From NCBI GenBank assembly GCA_965112155.1, contig OZ218110.1: a DNA stretch of 64,000 bases. The stretch is one strand, 5' to 3'. Under the pieces are notes generated by a model, which worked only from the letters and a program-made list of their open reading frames with translations, was not told where the DNA came from and did not search any database. Every line of letters starts with the position of its first letter. Positions within the stretch are counted from its first letter, which is position 1. Shown one piece after another: positions 30,526 to 44,000 of this stretch. This DNA is from Podarcis liolepis. Taxonomy: Eukaryota. The position numbers and the translations under genes are program-made.

Positions 30526-33053
30526 GGGGCGCACGGAAATGTATTTATAATGGGGGGGAGAGAGATGTGTCGAACCAGGGATATTTTGAAGGGTATAAAA
30601 AGCAGGAGGAGACTCCCTCCTCGGGGGGAGGGGATGATTTCTGCTGTATTGCAGAATATTTTTCTGGGTCCCATAGAACTGATTCTGCCCACCCCAAAGT
30701 CTCTTACTGCAAGATGGGGGGGCAGGGAGAGATTTGGCAGCTGTAGTTAGTTCCTTCCCTCCAGAGGTATTGGTACTTTGTTGAAAGAAAGACGAAAGAA
30801 AGAGATCAAAAGGCTCCTTTCATATTATTTTGCTTTTCTCCCATTTGGTCCGTCCCGGCCCCCCCCCCCCCACTTTAGGGAAATAATTTAAGGGAGAGCG
30901 GGAATGGGTGTGCGTTTTAAAAGCCCATCACAATTTTATGGGTTATTTACTGTAAGGAATATATTTTCGACCAGTTCAGATCCGGGAATTTAACATTCTT
31001 GTTAAATCCAGAAGGGGGGGGGGAGGTTTGGATCTTGAATTGGGAAGGTGGGTCTGGAATGTGGGTTATTATTTTTTTCTACAGAATGGGCTTTGCTGAA
31101 AAAATGGAAAAGGAACTCTGTCGTGAGTGGCAAAATGGCAAGGAATGCGGGTAAGGGTGGGGTGGGGTAGCTTTAGCAGGAAAGACCTACAGGGTGGAGA
31201 GCGTTTGACTAAGGAAAACTTGGCAATTTCTTTTTACGTGGTCTGGTGGTCTGAGGATAAACATTGCCCGTCTTCTTTCTCTCCTTCATGTACCTTCGTC
31301 TTCAGCACACATGATAGAGGGGATGCGTTGCCCTACAGGAAATCTGTAATCTGGGCCTGGACAAGGGGACTTTCCCACCCCCTGTTCGTTTGTTGTTTAT
31401 TTATTTAGCTTTCCCTAAATCAGATAATTTACCTGCTTTCCCCCCACTTCCTTAGCCGCTTCGTCTGAAGGGGATAAATCAACGTTTTCTGTATTTCCAG
31501 TTATTTTCCTAAAAAATAAAATTAAACAGTGTTATACTCTTAGTTGTTTTGATACTTAAAACATGGTGCGCTCTCCATTTAAATGGGACAACAAAATAAA
31601 ATAAAACAGTTCCCCCGCTTGACCGCATTCGTAATTTTTATTGCAGTAATTTTCAAGATGAGGTGGGAAACAGGCAAACCTTTAAAGTTAAAAGTTAAAA
31701 TAAATACGGCATTGTTCTTTTTAAAAAGCAGAGTATATGAACATTGGGAACCAAAAATAACTCCCTCCATTTTGATGTCCAGAGGTTACGATTGAAGGTT
31801 GTGTTTGTGGGGAAGATTTTGCCATTCTCTTGATAGGCCTCTCAACGTTTTTTGGCTGTTAGGGAGCTGCCGGGATTCAAACTCCCCTCAGTTCTGCCTG
31901 AATACACAGTTCCCTTGCTACTGGCATGATATAGAAAGGACATTGCTCCTACGCCCTGCCCCGCAAAAATTCAAAACTATGTCTAATCATTGTCCAGAAG
32001 CATCTTTATTTCTGACCAGCCTACTGATTCTGCACACTTTAGAAGCCATAGTGAGACAGGGCTGTGTAGTGGTTAGACTTCAGGGAGAGGCCTGAGTTCA
32101 AATCCCACCTCAGCCATGAACTTTTGGCCAGAACTTAGCCCAGCCTACCTCACAGGGAGGTTGCCAGGATGCAATTGGTGAGAGTCCTTTAGCCACCCTT
32201 TGCTTTTTGAATAACATAAACAAAAAATTGTACAAACCAGTGTGCCAGGCCTGAAGGCCATAGCCACCAACTGGTTTGCTTTGATTAAAGAGGGTGGTGA
32301 GCATTTAAAATTTTCAGTATGTCCAAAAGACGGTCTTTAAACTTTATGTAGAATCCACAATACCATTTCTAATGCTAACCAGGCCTTGACCTGCCCATCC
32401 TCCCAGTTAGGTCTAGGAATTTTACCTCGGCCTGTTCGCTTGGGGTCTCCCAACTCTGAAATGCTCGTTTTTGTCTGAGGAAAGGCTTCCTTTCATATAG
32501 ATTAGCCTAATCACAGTTTGGCTAAAGTGGCACGGGGTGGGGGACGTTTCCCTGAATTTTTTCAGTGAGAGAGACTTCATTTTATTTCATATTGTGTGAG
32601 TGACACTGAGTAATGCCAGCCTAGTATTTCTTAATTATAACAGTTGTATCCTATCACTCCTCCAAGGGGATCAAGGTGGCATACATAGTTCTCCCTCTTA
32701 ATTTTTATTATTATTTGAATTTAAAGGGAATAAAATATGAAAACCCCCAATAAATTGCTTGTGGTATCCAAGCAGACTTTTTCACCTTCCCTCTCCTCGT
32801 CTCTCTAGCTCCCTTGCAGTCACAAGCCCCACAGAGCAAATTAGGGGAAGGGGAGGAAGCTGCAGGCGAGATGAGAGGAGGGTGGAATCCTGTTGCATGG
32901 ACAGCTTTGGGTACATCACTTCAATGTTTTCATAGAGGACCAGGATTGCCTATGAATTTCTGCCAACTGCATTGTAAATGCTCATGTATGAACGTTCCAG
33001 AATCACAGCATGTTGCTTTCTTTTGCCCCCCCCCCCTTCCAGACACATCCACC

Positions 33054-35961
33054 ATGGGGGTCAGCCGTGGCTGCTTGCTGTGCGTTAAAGTGAAGATGTT
33101 CGTCTTCAACCTCATCTTCTGGGTGAGTTGCAGTGGGTCCGTGCACCTCTTCTCAGACAAGGTTGTGTGAAAGTCAAAAAATTCTTCATCGGATAGCCTT
33201 TCTTTCTACATCTGACCTGGGGACTCCCAGGATTAGTGGGAAGGGCTTATGAGCCTGTTATTAATGGCAGGACATTTCTCTTTTAATAAATAAGTAACAC
33301 AGCAAGTTATCTTACAGGTTTGTAAGGACGAACAAGATGGAAAGTGCATTTGTGTGTTAAAACGCTGTCATTTTATAGCAAACCAAAAATCTGCCTCTAG
33401 ACTGCCTGAGAGACCCCGCTCTCCACTATTGGCTGAACCACTTGTGATGTCACAGAAGTTTCATCGGCATTGTAATGGGCAAGGGGGGGGGGTGTCAGCA
33501 ACAGAATGTTGGCAGTTGCTTTATTTGTTCCAATAAAAACTTGGCACAGGATTGGGAGTCAGGAGGAACTAGGTCTTGTTTGTAGGAAGGGGCTGAACTG
33601 AGAGCTTTTGCGGCTGGTGAGTGGAGACTCAGCCAATGATCTCTTCCACAACAGCATCCTGGACGGAGGGGGGGAGGGGGTACCATCAGAGGTGGGGAAC
33701 CTCAGGTCATGCACATCTCTCCAAACCTCTCTACTTGACCCTCAGGACTCTGCCCAAGCCACACCCCTCACTAGCCTTGATCTTCACCCTCCTCTAGTGA
33801 TTCTACATGCTTGGCATGTGTCCCCGAACAGTGATAATAGCTCTTCTTGGTGTGAGCTTGCCTTCTCTCCCCATAGCTCGGCGGCTGTGGGGTGCTCGGC
33901 GTGGGCGTATGGCTGGCTGTGACCCAGGGCCGCTTTGCCACCTTGTCGTTCTCATTCCCGTCTCTGTCGGCAGCGGGGCTTTTCATGGCGACTGGAGCCA
34001 TCATCATGGTTGTGGGCTTCCTCGGATGCTTGGGGGCGGCCACAGAGCACCGCTGCCTCCTACTGACGGTAAGAGGTATCTCTCTACTGGGTGTTACACT
34101 GGGGGGGGGGTGAGTGTGAGAGACTCGGATGAAATTTGTGCAGAGGCGTCTAATGAGATCTTTGGTAGGGGAAGGTGCCAGGCAGAGAAATGGGCAACTG
34201 ACTTAATTCAATGCAAGAATGCTCAGCCCTGCTTTGGAGCATAGGCAGAGTGCAGGCATCACTAGGAAGCAGAAAAGTGCATTTCTGAGATGCTGTGGAC
34301 AAGATGGGGTCCAAGAGGTGCATTTTTCTGTGCATAAAACCATTGGGAGCAGTCACATAACTTCGCTTGTGGGCCATCTTGCTTTAGATATGTTCTTGTT
34401 TTCAACTTTTCTTCCTGATTGTGACTTGGCTGCCTGGCTTGAGCGATGCAGAGCTGTGGGTTCTGCATGTATCTTTCAGTCATGCCAATGATCTCTGCTT
34501 GCAGCGGCAACTTGTGCTACTCATTTAACTGTGGGTGGCTGGGAAGAAGGAGGGCTTGCAGGGTTAGTTGAACCAGAGGGCCTGATGGCATGTATATGAT
34601 CCTGTGACTGCAATCAAGTATGGAGCAGAGAGGGGGGGTGCGGTAGGAAGTGGGGGCACACTTTGTTCAGAGATGCACACATCTGTAAACACAAAACTGT
34701 GTTGTATGAGGCTTTCTCCTTCTCCCTGGGATTGCTGATCTGGGTATCTCTCTTCCCTAGTTCTTCCTGGTCCTCTCCACCCTCTTCCTCCTGGAGCTGG
34801 TTGGGTTGCTGGTTTTTGTCACCTGCAGGGACAAGGTAAGGACCTTCCTCACCCCATATGTAGAATGAGGAATGGTGAGATCCAGCTCATTTGGGCAACC
34901 TGCAGTCTGCAGGCCACATGCGGCCATCACAGGCCTGCAGTGCAGCCCACGCCCCTTGCCACTGCTGAGTGCAGCCCTGTGTTCCTTTCCCCTGAAAAGG
35001 AGGCTTTGCATTTTAGCAAGAGATCTAAGGGGACAGTTCTCAAGCTACCACTGTGCTGCTCCCAGGTCACCAGGGCTTTGTAATGCACACTGGTACAAGA
35101 TAGTTTACTTATAATACTGTCAGCTCCCTGTAGCATCTGTGCTCTTAACAGATGTGTGTGCAGAGAGGAAACTGATTCAAACCATGAGCCTGTCCCGATT
35201 CTTGTGGAATGAGGAAAGAGTCCATTGTATAGACCTCATGAATCATCATCCTGCACCTCCCCGCCCCACCCCATATACTTCTTCAAACTTTGGGGTCTGC
35301 CAAGCCTGCTGATACTTTCCCACTTGTTAATGGATGGTGCCATTTTTGGCTACATTAGGATCTACACTCAGACATTGAGTTTGCTTGTATCATGTATACG
35401 GAACAGTTGCAGTGTGGATAAAGTTATTTGAGTTACATGCTTTCTTAAGATAGCAGGTTTTAATTCATCTTGGAATTTGGAATATTGCACCATTTCATTT
35501 AGGGTGGTTATCTTCCAGAAAGAGGTCTGGAACCCACGGAATTAGGAAGTGAGGGAAAAGAGAAGGGAAGTTCAAAGAAGAGTGGGGGCTGGACTTCAAA
35601 CTGTTGGAGTGAACTACTTGGCTACTAGTCTCCACCCCTAACTTGAACATCGGAGGGCTTCCGATACTTCCCGACGGTTAGAAGAAAAATGGCAGGGCAG
35701 GGTTTCCATCCAACTTTGAATAAGCACCATGAGGGTTGTGTTCACCCCACCAAGCCAAAGTCACAATCTAGTCTCTGCATCACTCTTACCATCACACACA
35801 CAGGTGCTGCTGGTCCATTGGGTGTGCTTATTTTGTCCTTTCTCTAGTTTGATAGATATGCCCAGTCCAATCTGAAGGAAGGACTTCAGCTGTATGAGAC
35901 AGAGGGAAATGTGGGTTTAACCAGAGCATGGGATGTTGTGCAGAATGAGGTGAGTGTTACA

Positions 35962-36025
<64 letters not shown>

Positions 36026-39000
36026 ACAGTACTTCCAACTGGTCATCAGTCACATCCTAGCAAATTCAGGTTGCTCAGCTAAAGCTGATTTTGAGTTCTC
36101 ACGCAACAAACCCACTTCCCTAATAGATTGGGATATTTTTGCAAGAAAGAGGTGGGGGAAAGGCGGTAGGAAGTGTGGGATGGCGCTTGCATCATGCATT
36201 GCCATCTAATCTGCCCACAAACAGGTCATCTGGAAGCGAATTTAGAGAGCTAAGAAACAGCCAGGGAGATTTCCCCCACTTTAAGCACCCTCATCCCATT
36301 TTGGAAGAGCAACCCCCGTGTGAGACTGATTTCTCCCCTTGCTTCCCAGTTTCGCTGCTGTGGGGTGCAGAACTACACAGACTGGTTTGAGGTCCGCAAC
36401 AGAACGTGGGTTCCCGAGTCCTGCTGCTTGCAGCAAAGTGACATCTGCCAAGTGGACAGCGCCAGCTGGTGGAAGGAGGTGAGACAGCAGCAGGAGTTGC
36501 CCTCAAGGAAGAGAGAATCCCCTACGGCTGTGGGTTCCAAATTGGGTTGTCCGCTGAAGCCCCCTCCAGGAATGCTTGTGTCCTGAGCAAGTGGCAAATG
36601 GCTAAATGCAGGGTCCAATTACCAAGACTGGCCTGCACTAAAACCCTCCAGCAGACCTCTCTCTCGGAGCTGTTGAGGTTGAGAGGGCCTTTGACACTCT
36701 GTCCTGCGACAAAAGTATCAGCTTCTGGCTTTTGACCGTAGAATCTCATCTCCCTCTCTGACCATACAACACACTCAAAATTACTTTTGTGCTGTTCTAA
36801 CTTCACGGCTTATCCCAGTGAATCCTGAGAATTGTCACTCAAGGAGGTGCTGAGACAGAGGTTTCAGAGGTCTGAGACTCTCTGCTTTTAACATTTTGTG
36901 CATTAAATGTTGAGATATTCCAGGAAGGAGGGAATGATGAAAACCAGAGGGGGAAGGGGTTCCTAGTCTTTGGTGGCCTATGAACCAGCATATGACTTTT
37001 ATGAAGCCCCCCAAAATTTCAAGACTAGCTACTCTGTGTGTCTTCTTGCCAGTAGCAATATGCAGTAAGACAGCGGGCCTTTGTGGACTGCTTTTCCTGA
37101 GGAAAGCGGCCTAGCCCAGTCCTCTTCTGATGTTTCAACCCAACTGAGTTTGGGTGACGGCTGCAGCGAAATCTTTGATTTGCTTCATTAATGCTGCTGC
37201 TCAAAGCTGTTGTGTTAATTTAACTCATCTTTTTAACTGTGAGATTTTCTTGCTCTTTTTTTGAGTGGGATGGCATATCTGCTTTATGATTTAAGGTTGT
37301 TTACACTTAAAGGTCGCTAATATAAATATATAAATATAAATAAATATATTTATATATTGAACTATAAATATATGGGGGACGGACAACAACACCTAGTCCA
37401 GGTTGTAGTGTGGATACATCCTATTTTATTTAGTTATCTTCCTCCCCTCCCCAATATATTTTACTCTCAAAAGACTTACATAAAAGGAGAGTGGCAGTCA
37501 GCCTATTAGCGTGACCAGTTACCAGCCTGGGTTGCTGCAGTTTTCACGATATAGGCAAATTAGACAGGTTCAGAAAAGAGCACTGAAGATGACCCGCTGC
37601 ATGGAAAATAAACCTGGGAAGAAAGGTTGAAGGAACGGGGTATGTTGACAGACTGAGAGGGGTGTGTGTGTAATAGCCCTCTTTGAGGAGAAGTGCTGTC
37701 ACATAAAGCAGAGGCAGGGAACTTCAGGGTCAAATGCAGCCTGCCAGGCCTATCTGTCTGTTGAAATTTCCCTCAGCCTCATCCCTCACTGGTGCTGCTT
37801 CGTATCTAGAGTGGTTTTGCCTGACTGTAGTACGTCCTTGAACTCTCCTAATGCCTGTTGCTTGTCTGGATGGAGGACAGAGGGGTGACTGTGCAGAAAC
37901 CAGTCTAGTTACTGTACAGTGGTAAAATTTACTTTCACTCCTTCACCCATCCTAGCCTGAAGCTCCCAGATAGTTGCCAAGAAGAAAATGCAGCCCTCCT
38001 GCTGGCAAAGGTTCCTGTTGCAGAAGAAAGGCTTGTTCACTTCAGCCCAGTGGATAAGAAGGGGGGACACTTTTAAGTTATAGAAGCTGATTTGGGCTGA
38101 ATATTCAGTTTAATATTCAACCCAAATATTCAACTGATTGATGGCAAGCGCAGTTCCACAATGGAACAAATGACCCAGAGTTCCTACTAGAAACAGCTTG
38201 CATGTTAAATAAACGTTAGATTAAATGGAAGATGACATTTTTTGGGTGCACAGGAGTGTGATCAACCCAGATCGGAGGCACTGCCTCTTCTTGCCAGTGC
38301 ACTCTGGTGACCATGTTTGTTTTGTGCTCTATTCCCCTAAAGCCCTGTTACGAGAAGGTGAAACGCTGGCTAGGAGAGAACATCTCAGCCATGGGCATCT
38401 TTGCCGCCTGCATCATTGTTGTCCAGGTGAGCAGGAAGGAACAGCCATGGGAGGGGACACGCCTGACCTGAGCAACTGCTGGGGCCGCTCTGGTGCAACA
38501 ACACACATGCCACCCATTACCATCAGCACAAGAACGGAAGGTGGGGTTGCCTGCAGGGGACCACAGAATAGGATGAAGCTATTCTTTCCAACACTGGCCA
38601 TGGTTCCACAGGGAGTAAAGAAATTAATTAGAAGCAACACGTAAACTGGTGCAATCTGTGCTTTCAAAAGGCATCCCCCTTTAGAAGACTGTCCAGGAGG
38701 ATGGTTTCCTGACTGGGAAAAACCACACAGAAGCTGCCCCTGCCACCTCCAGCTTGTACAAAATGGGCCAAGAAGCAGGGGACTGGGAAGCCAGATGCCA
38801 GGGCACTGGCTCATTTGTAGAGTCTACGCAGTTAGCCAATATGGGGCCTTTTAGAAGTTGTGGACTACAACTCCCATCAGCCGCAGGCAGCATGGCCAGA
38901 GGTCACAGGTGATGCGAGTTGTAGTCCAAGATATCTAGAGGGCAACCCATTGGCTACACCTGGTCTACACTGACAGGCAGAAGCTCTCCAGCCTTTTAAA

Positions 39001-39268
39001 CAGCCCTGCTTGGAGATCCTGGGTGGTTGGACCTGAGACCTTATGCTCAGCCTTCCTACCTTTTAGAGGCAGCGGCAAGGAGGGGAGTTCAGGAGGCAGC
39101 ATCTTAATTCCAATATTGTAAGGAAGTGACATGCTGGGCTGGGACTCTTCCGCCCCCACTTTTTTTGTTGTCTGTCTGACCTCCTTTATGTCTCTCCAGG
39201 TCTTGGGCATCGTTTTCTCCATGCTGATGTACTGCCAGGTGCGGCGGGCGGAAAAATACTACGACTGA
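33054..39268 (+). CDS. Tetraspanin of the TSPAN4/TSPAN9/CD53 subfamily (TSPAN4-like), 239 aa, 7 coding exons
   Basis: Exons 33054-33122 (MGVSRGCLLCVKVKMFVFNLIFW), 33877-34068 (LGGCGVLGVGVWLAVTQGRFATLSFSFPSLSAA...HRCLLLT), 34761-34835, 35848-35949 (FDRYAQSNLKEGLQLYETEGNVGLTRAWDVVQNE), 36350-36478 (FRCCGVQNYTDW...VPESCC...WWKE), 38343-38426 (PCYEKVKRWL...), 39200-39268 (VLGIVFSMLMYCQVRRAEKYYD*). All introns are phase 0. Four TM segments, CCG and PxSCC motifs. AATAAA at 39681-39686. Confidence 0.93.
35959..36022. repeat. Compound (AC)n(AG)n microsatellite 10 nt after a tetraspanin splice donor
   Basis: Read directly from the sequence. Confidence 0.95.
37540..37720 (+). mobile_element. Old CR1-type LINE 3' fragment; further degraded CR1-like pieces near 44985-45210 and 56700-57040
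   Basis: Degenerate GGTTCAGAAAAGAGCACTGAAGATGA...GAAAGGTTGAAGGAACGGGGTATGTT resembles the 3' end of CR1 ORF2. Confidence 0.45.
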
Positions 39269-41051
39269 GCCCCATCCGAGTACATTCTTCATGCCTCCGT
39301 CTTTGTGGCTCAGAAGCAGCACCAAGGGGATTCCTAGCTCCTTTAGGGCACCCACTTTCCCTTGCTTCCTCTCCCTTTCACTTTCTTCCTTACTTGAGAG
39401 CCACAGGCCTTTTGCTAAAGACCATTCCTGCCCTTAGGCTCTTGCCATATCTGCTGGGAGAGGAAGATACCCCCCTTCCTTCTGAAGGACCTCGTTTTTT
39501 GCTAAATCTTTTATTGTGCGTACCTCTTTTCAGGCCTAGAGTGGGATTATATTTCCTTTCACCTTAGCCTACATAATCCCCCATCCCAACCCTATATTTT
39601 ACATCGTGATCCTGACACCTACCCACCCTTTGCCCTTCAATCTTGTTGCTTTTGTATATAACAGAACTATACCAAGCACCAATAAAGCAATTAATCCCTT
39701 TCAGTCACTCTATTTATTTCCTGCTGCACATTTGTATTTTGGGTTAGGGGTGAAGAGTGACAGCTGCTCAGAGTTCTTCATGCTAACTCTCCATCAGCCC
39801 AAATGGCAAGTGATTTTACGAACGAAGCGATCTCCTCTTTGAGGGAGGGGGGATATAAACAGAAGAGGGAAAATATATAATGGGGCATGTTTCTCCCCCT
39901 CCTGTTCTGCTCCGCTCACAGGTCTGGATGAAGGTAGCTGGTGGTACAGGAAGAGGTCTTCCACAAAGGCCTGCCATCCCACCACCTTTCTGGAGATGTA
40001 ACTCCCCCCACCCTTCTAACTCACTTCCTGTCAATCAGTCAATACAGCAAAAGAGTTGGTAAAAGACAGCTTTTTTTAATTATTATTATTATTATTGGCT
40101 TGTAGGTTTGCAGGAAGGAGAAAAAAAATACATCCTCTCCCTTCCAATTCACCAATCATCTTTGGACAAAAATAGAGGGCCAGGGCCACAAAGCGCCCTT
40201 GAAAAATCTGATACAAAAGTATTATGCTGGGGCAGCGAGGGGGTGGGTGGAAGATAAACGGAGGGGTTGTAGGTGACTCCTAGAGCCGCTTTTACATCCC
40301 GCCTGCCATGAGAGCAGCCTCACCTTTGCACCACCCCTCCCCCCAAGAGGGAAAAAAGGACCCTGAAGTACCGCTCCTGGAAATTGGGAGAGAGCTATGC
40401 ATGGGGGAAAGTGGGGGAGGGGGAGGTGGGGCAAGCACAAAACGACAGGATTCCTTCCCCCACCACTGCTGCCCTGCTCTATAAAGGGTCAGTTAGGTCA
40501 AGTGTATAGACAAACCCAGCTTATGTGCAAAGGATATTTTAAGACACTTATTTTGGGAGGAAGAAAGCAAAAAAAGGGGGGGAGCTTGGGGAACTGACGA
40601 AGGGAACCCACCGCAGCCAGATGCTGGGGTAGATTGGAAGGGTTGATGGTGGTGGCAAGAACAGATATGGGGGTGTATTTGTTGTCATTATCCGTCCGTA
40701 GTGTTCCATTTCCCTCCTCTATGTGTCAGGGACCCCTCTCAGAAAAAAACGACTGTACCTCCTCAATTAGATAGGACAGAAGGGGAAAGTGGGACAGAAT
40801 TTCTGGCGTGGAGAGAACGGGAGACAATTGGACCCTCCACACCAGCTGTAGTGTAGAGATTGAGGTCATCAATTTAATTTAAAGCTTGTGGGAGCTCAGG
40901 AAGGATAGGGTGGGAAAAGAGAGGGGAGGGAATTCGAGCTGTATGGCTTGAGGGGCGCTTCCAACCCTGTCCACCGATTTGGATGGGGGGGGGAGGAGAA
41001 ATAAAAGGGCACAAACAGAGGAAGGGGCGGGACAGAGGGCCACCAGATCCA

Positions 41052-44000
41052 TTAGTATTTCCGCTGTAGTTTCTGGAAGTCGCTCGTGTTGAGGCGCGGC
41101 CGAGGCAGGTCCCCAAACATCTCTGTGCCATCTGACACCCTCAGCACCAGAGCTCGCATGCTGGCGGCAATTTTCTCCAGGTCGGGGGACGAATGCTGTA
41201 TTGAGGAGCAAGGGAGGGGAAGCCAGGTGGAAAAGTCTTCGTTATTTGTCTTAAATAATTACGCAAGTCAGCAAAACTAGACCGCTCCCATCCTACATCT
41301 AAATTCAGATCTCTACCTAGAAGCAGTGGCGTAGCGTGGGGGGTGCAGGGGGGGCCGGCCGCACCGGGCGCAACATCTGGGGGTTAGGGTTAGGGGCGCA
41401 AATCCACGGGTTAGGGAGCGCAAAACCACGGGTTAGGGGGCGCAAATTACTTGCCTTGCCCCGGGTACTGACAACCCACGCTATGCCACTGCCTAGAAGA
41501 GCTTTTCGACAGAAGCTCCCACTGGAAGTCTGGAGGTTCTGCCACCCAACTTCCAAAGTCTATGCATTCTACTCTAAAACATACGACTCCAAATTGAGAC
41601 TCAGTGTATTTCTTTTCTTCTCTACTGTCAATGCTAATAACACAGAACAATATAAAGGCATCAGGGCAGTGCGCGACAAAATTAAGCACCATTGAAAAAA
41701 TAACAGGTCAATCAAGGATGCTTTAAGCCACCATATAGGCCTGGTGGTATAAGAAGGTATTCCAGAAACACCTGAAAGTTAATGTTTTTTTGGGGGGGGG
41801 AGGGGGGAATCTCCCAAATCTCTGCTGGAAGTGTGTTCCATAGCATGGGACTGGTGACACTAAATGGCCAACTCCTGGTAGAAGCCATTTGGCCTTTTTT
41901 GTAATCCAAGATACACCCCCTTCCTTGAGATCCTTCACCTACTTTGATTTCTGGCTCTCCCTAGTTGCAAGCAGCTCCAGCACCCAGGTTGCCCCCTAAG
42001 TCTCCCTCTTCTCCATCAAACTGGTCTCAGGCGTTATCCTTTGCTCAAGCACCATTAAAAAAAACACCTTTGCTGATTTTCGCATAAAGTACACATCACA
42101 CAATTGTCTGCCAAAACCATGAGGAGGGTGAAAGGGCTGTGGAGGACTTACAGGCCTCACCTCCCTCACTTCCAACTTCTCTCCCGTTGGCCACACACAT
42201 TCAAAGCCTATCTTTGCAATCGTAAGAACTTGATTTTTAAAGAAAGCAAAGCAAAGCTGAGACTCCCCTGGTGAATTAACGCAAACGACATTCATTTCTG
42301 TGCATTCAAGCTGCAGCCACAGGATATGCACAGCCCCAGCCACTTACAAAAGCTACAATGACACCTGTAGGAACTGGGGGGGGGGTTGAACTTTTTGCAA
42401 ATGTGGCCCCAGCATCTTTCCAGCAGTGACCCTACCACCCTGCTGGAAGATGTGTTTTTTCTGGAGCTTACCCACCAGCCGAACCCTACACACCTGTCTT
42501 AAAAAGGAAGGGGGAGAGCTCTGGAGTGTATCCCCCCCCCAAAAAAATATGTCTGCCTTTCCAATACACACATTCTCAGTTCCTACCCACCTTGCTGTTC
42601 TCTTCATCAGAGGATCGCATCTCTTGCCGTTGCTCCTTGAAGCCCCAGATAGGCACTGAGACAGGCAAGGACTTGGCATACTGATGGCTGAGGGGTGGAG
42701 GGGCTGTCTGGCCAGGAGCCTCCTCACTTAGACTCCCATCTGGGAGAGAGAAATGGGGGGAGAAAAATGGGTCAGAAGGACGGAAGGAAATAAAAAGAAA
42801 TGAACCATCAGAAAGTATCCTCCTCCCTAGCTACAGGAGGGAAGGGATAACATCACTCTCGCAGGAACTATGCTACCATTTAGTTTGAATTACTAAAACT
42901 AAAGCAGTCTTTCGCAAACTTGTATCCTCAGCTGTTGTTGGACTACAACTCCCATAATCCCTGACCACTGGTCCTGCTAGCTGGGGATGATGGGAGTTGT
43001 AGTCCAACAACAACCAAGGACCCAACACTGCAATGAAAAGGTTGTATGTTTTTTACAGATGAGTGATGTTGTTTTGCAGCACCCCATGAAACCTCCAGCT
43101 TTTGCTGACATAGCATGCACCTGAGAAGGAAGGTTCAGTTTTGGCCGGGAGAGGCCTGAAGAGAGACTCCGCTACAGGAAGCCAGACATTTCAAGCAAAT
43201 GTCTCCTTCCTACTGTATAAAGTCCCTGACATGCCTCCCTTATCTTTTGTAAATTTAGCAGTAACAAAAGAGTGTCAGGCTCCCTTCCTGAAGTGTTGAA
43301 CCAAGATAAAATCTCCTAACCGTTACTCCTTTCCTTTGCCCACCAGTTCTTGCAATTACTAGATCAAGTAGTTCCCAATGGCCTGAGGCTCTTGTCAGAA
43401 CAGCCCAACATATTTGCTGATCTCTTTTCCCTACCTCACCTGGACAGCAAAATTAGATGCATCTCTAGAAGCCGTTTTGCAAGGTTTTTTAGACAGACTC
43501 TTCCCGGCTTGCCTTACAGTTTGTAAGATGAACATGGAGCTTCCATGTTCCAAGGCAGTATCTCCAAGTCTGTTGCCGGGTGCTACATCTTAAGAGGTAT
43601 GTGATATTTGGAGCCAAGTTATCAGGAGGTGGTCTGCCCACTTGCAAGCTTTCCCGAGACATCTGCTTTGACTTTGCTGGAGGTAGAACAAAAGGACTAT
43701 GGGGACATTTGGCTGGGAAAGGCAATTCGTTTGTCATTAGGATGCACATAACCTCTGCTGCCACCTCCCTTCAAAACCCTGGTAGAATAAAAAAAGTTAA
43801 TGAATGTATGAAGCAACAGAGCCCCACTCCTTGTACCCATTGTTCACATTGATTGTATCCTTCCTCTGAGCAGCTCAAAGCAGCAAGGGTGGAGATTGGG
43901 GGGGTCACCTCTTTTATCCTCATAGACCACCTTGTAAGGTGGGCTAGCCTGGCCCAAGGTCACCCAGAGAGCTTCAGGGCCAAGGAGGGATTAAAACCCA

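Noticed and set aside
33054-39268. Assigning the symbol TSPAN4 or TSPAN9
   Set aside because: It differs from both recalled sequences across TM3, EC2 and the tail more than expected for an amniote orthologue, and synteny is ambiguous; left unnamed pending phylogeny.
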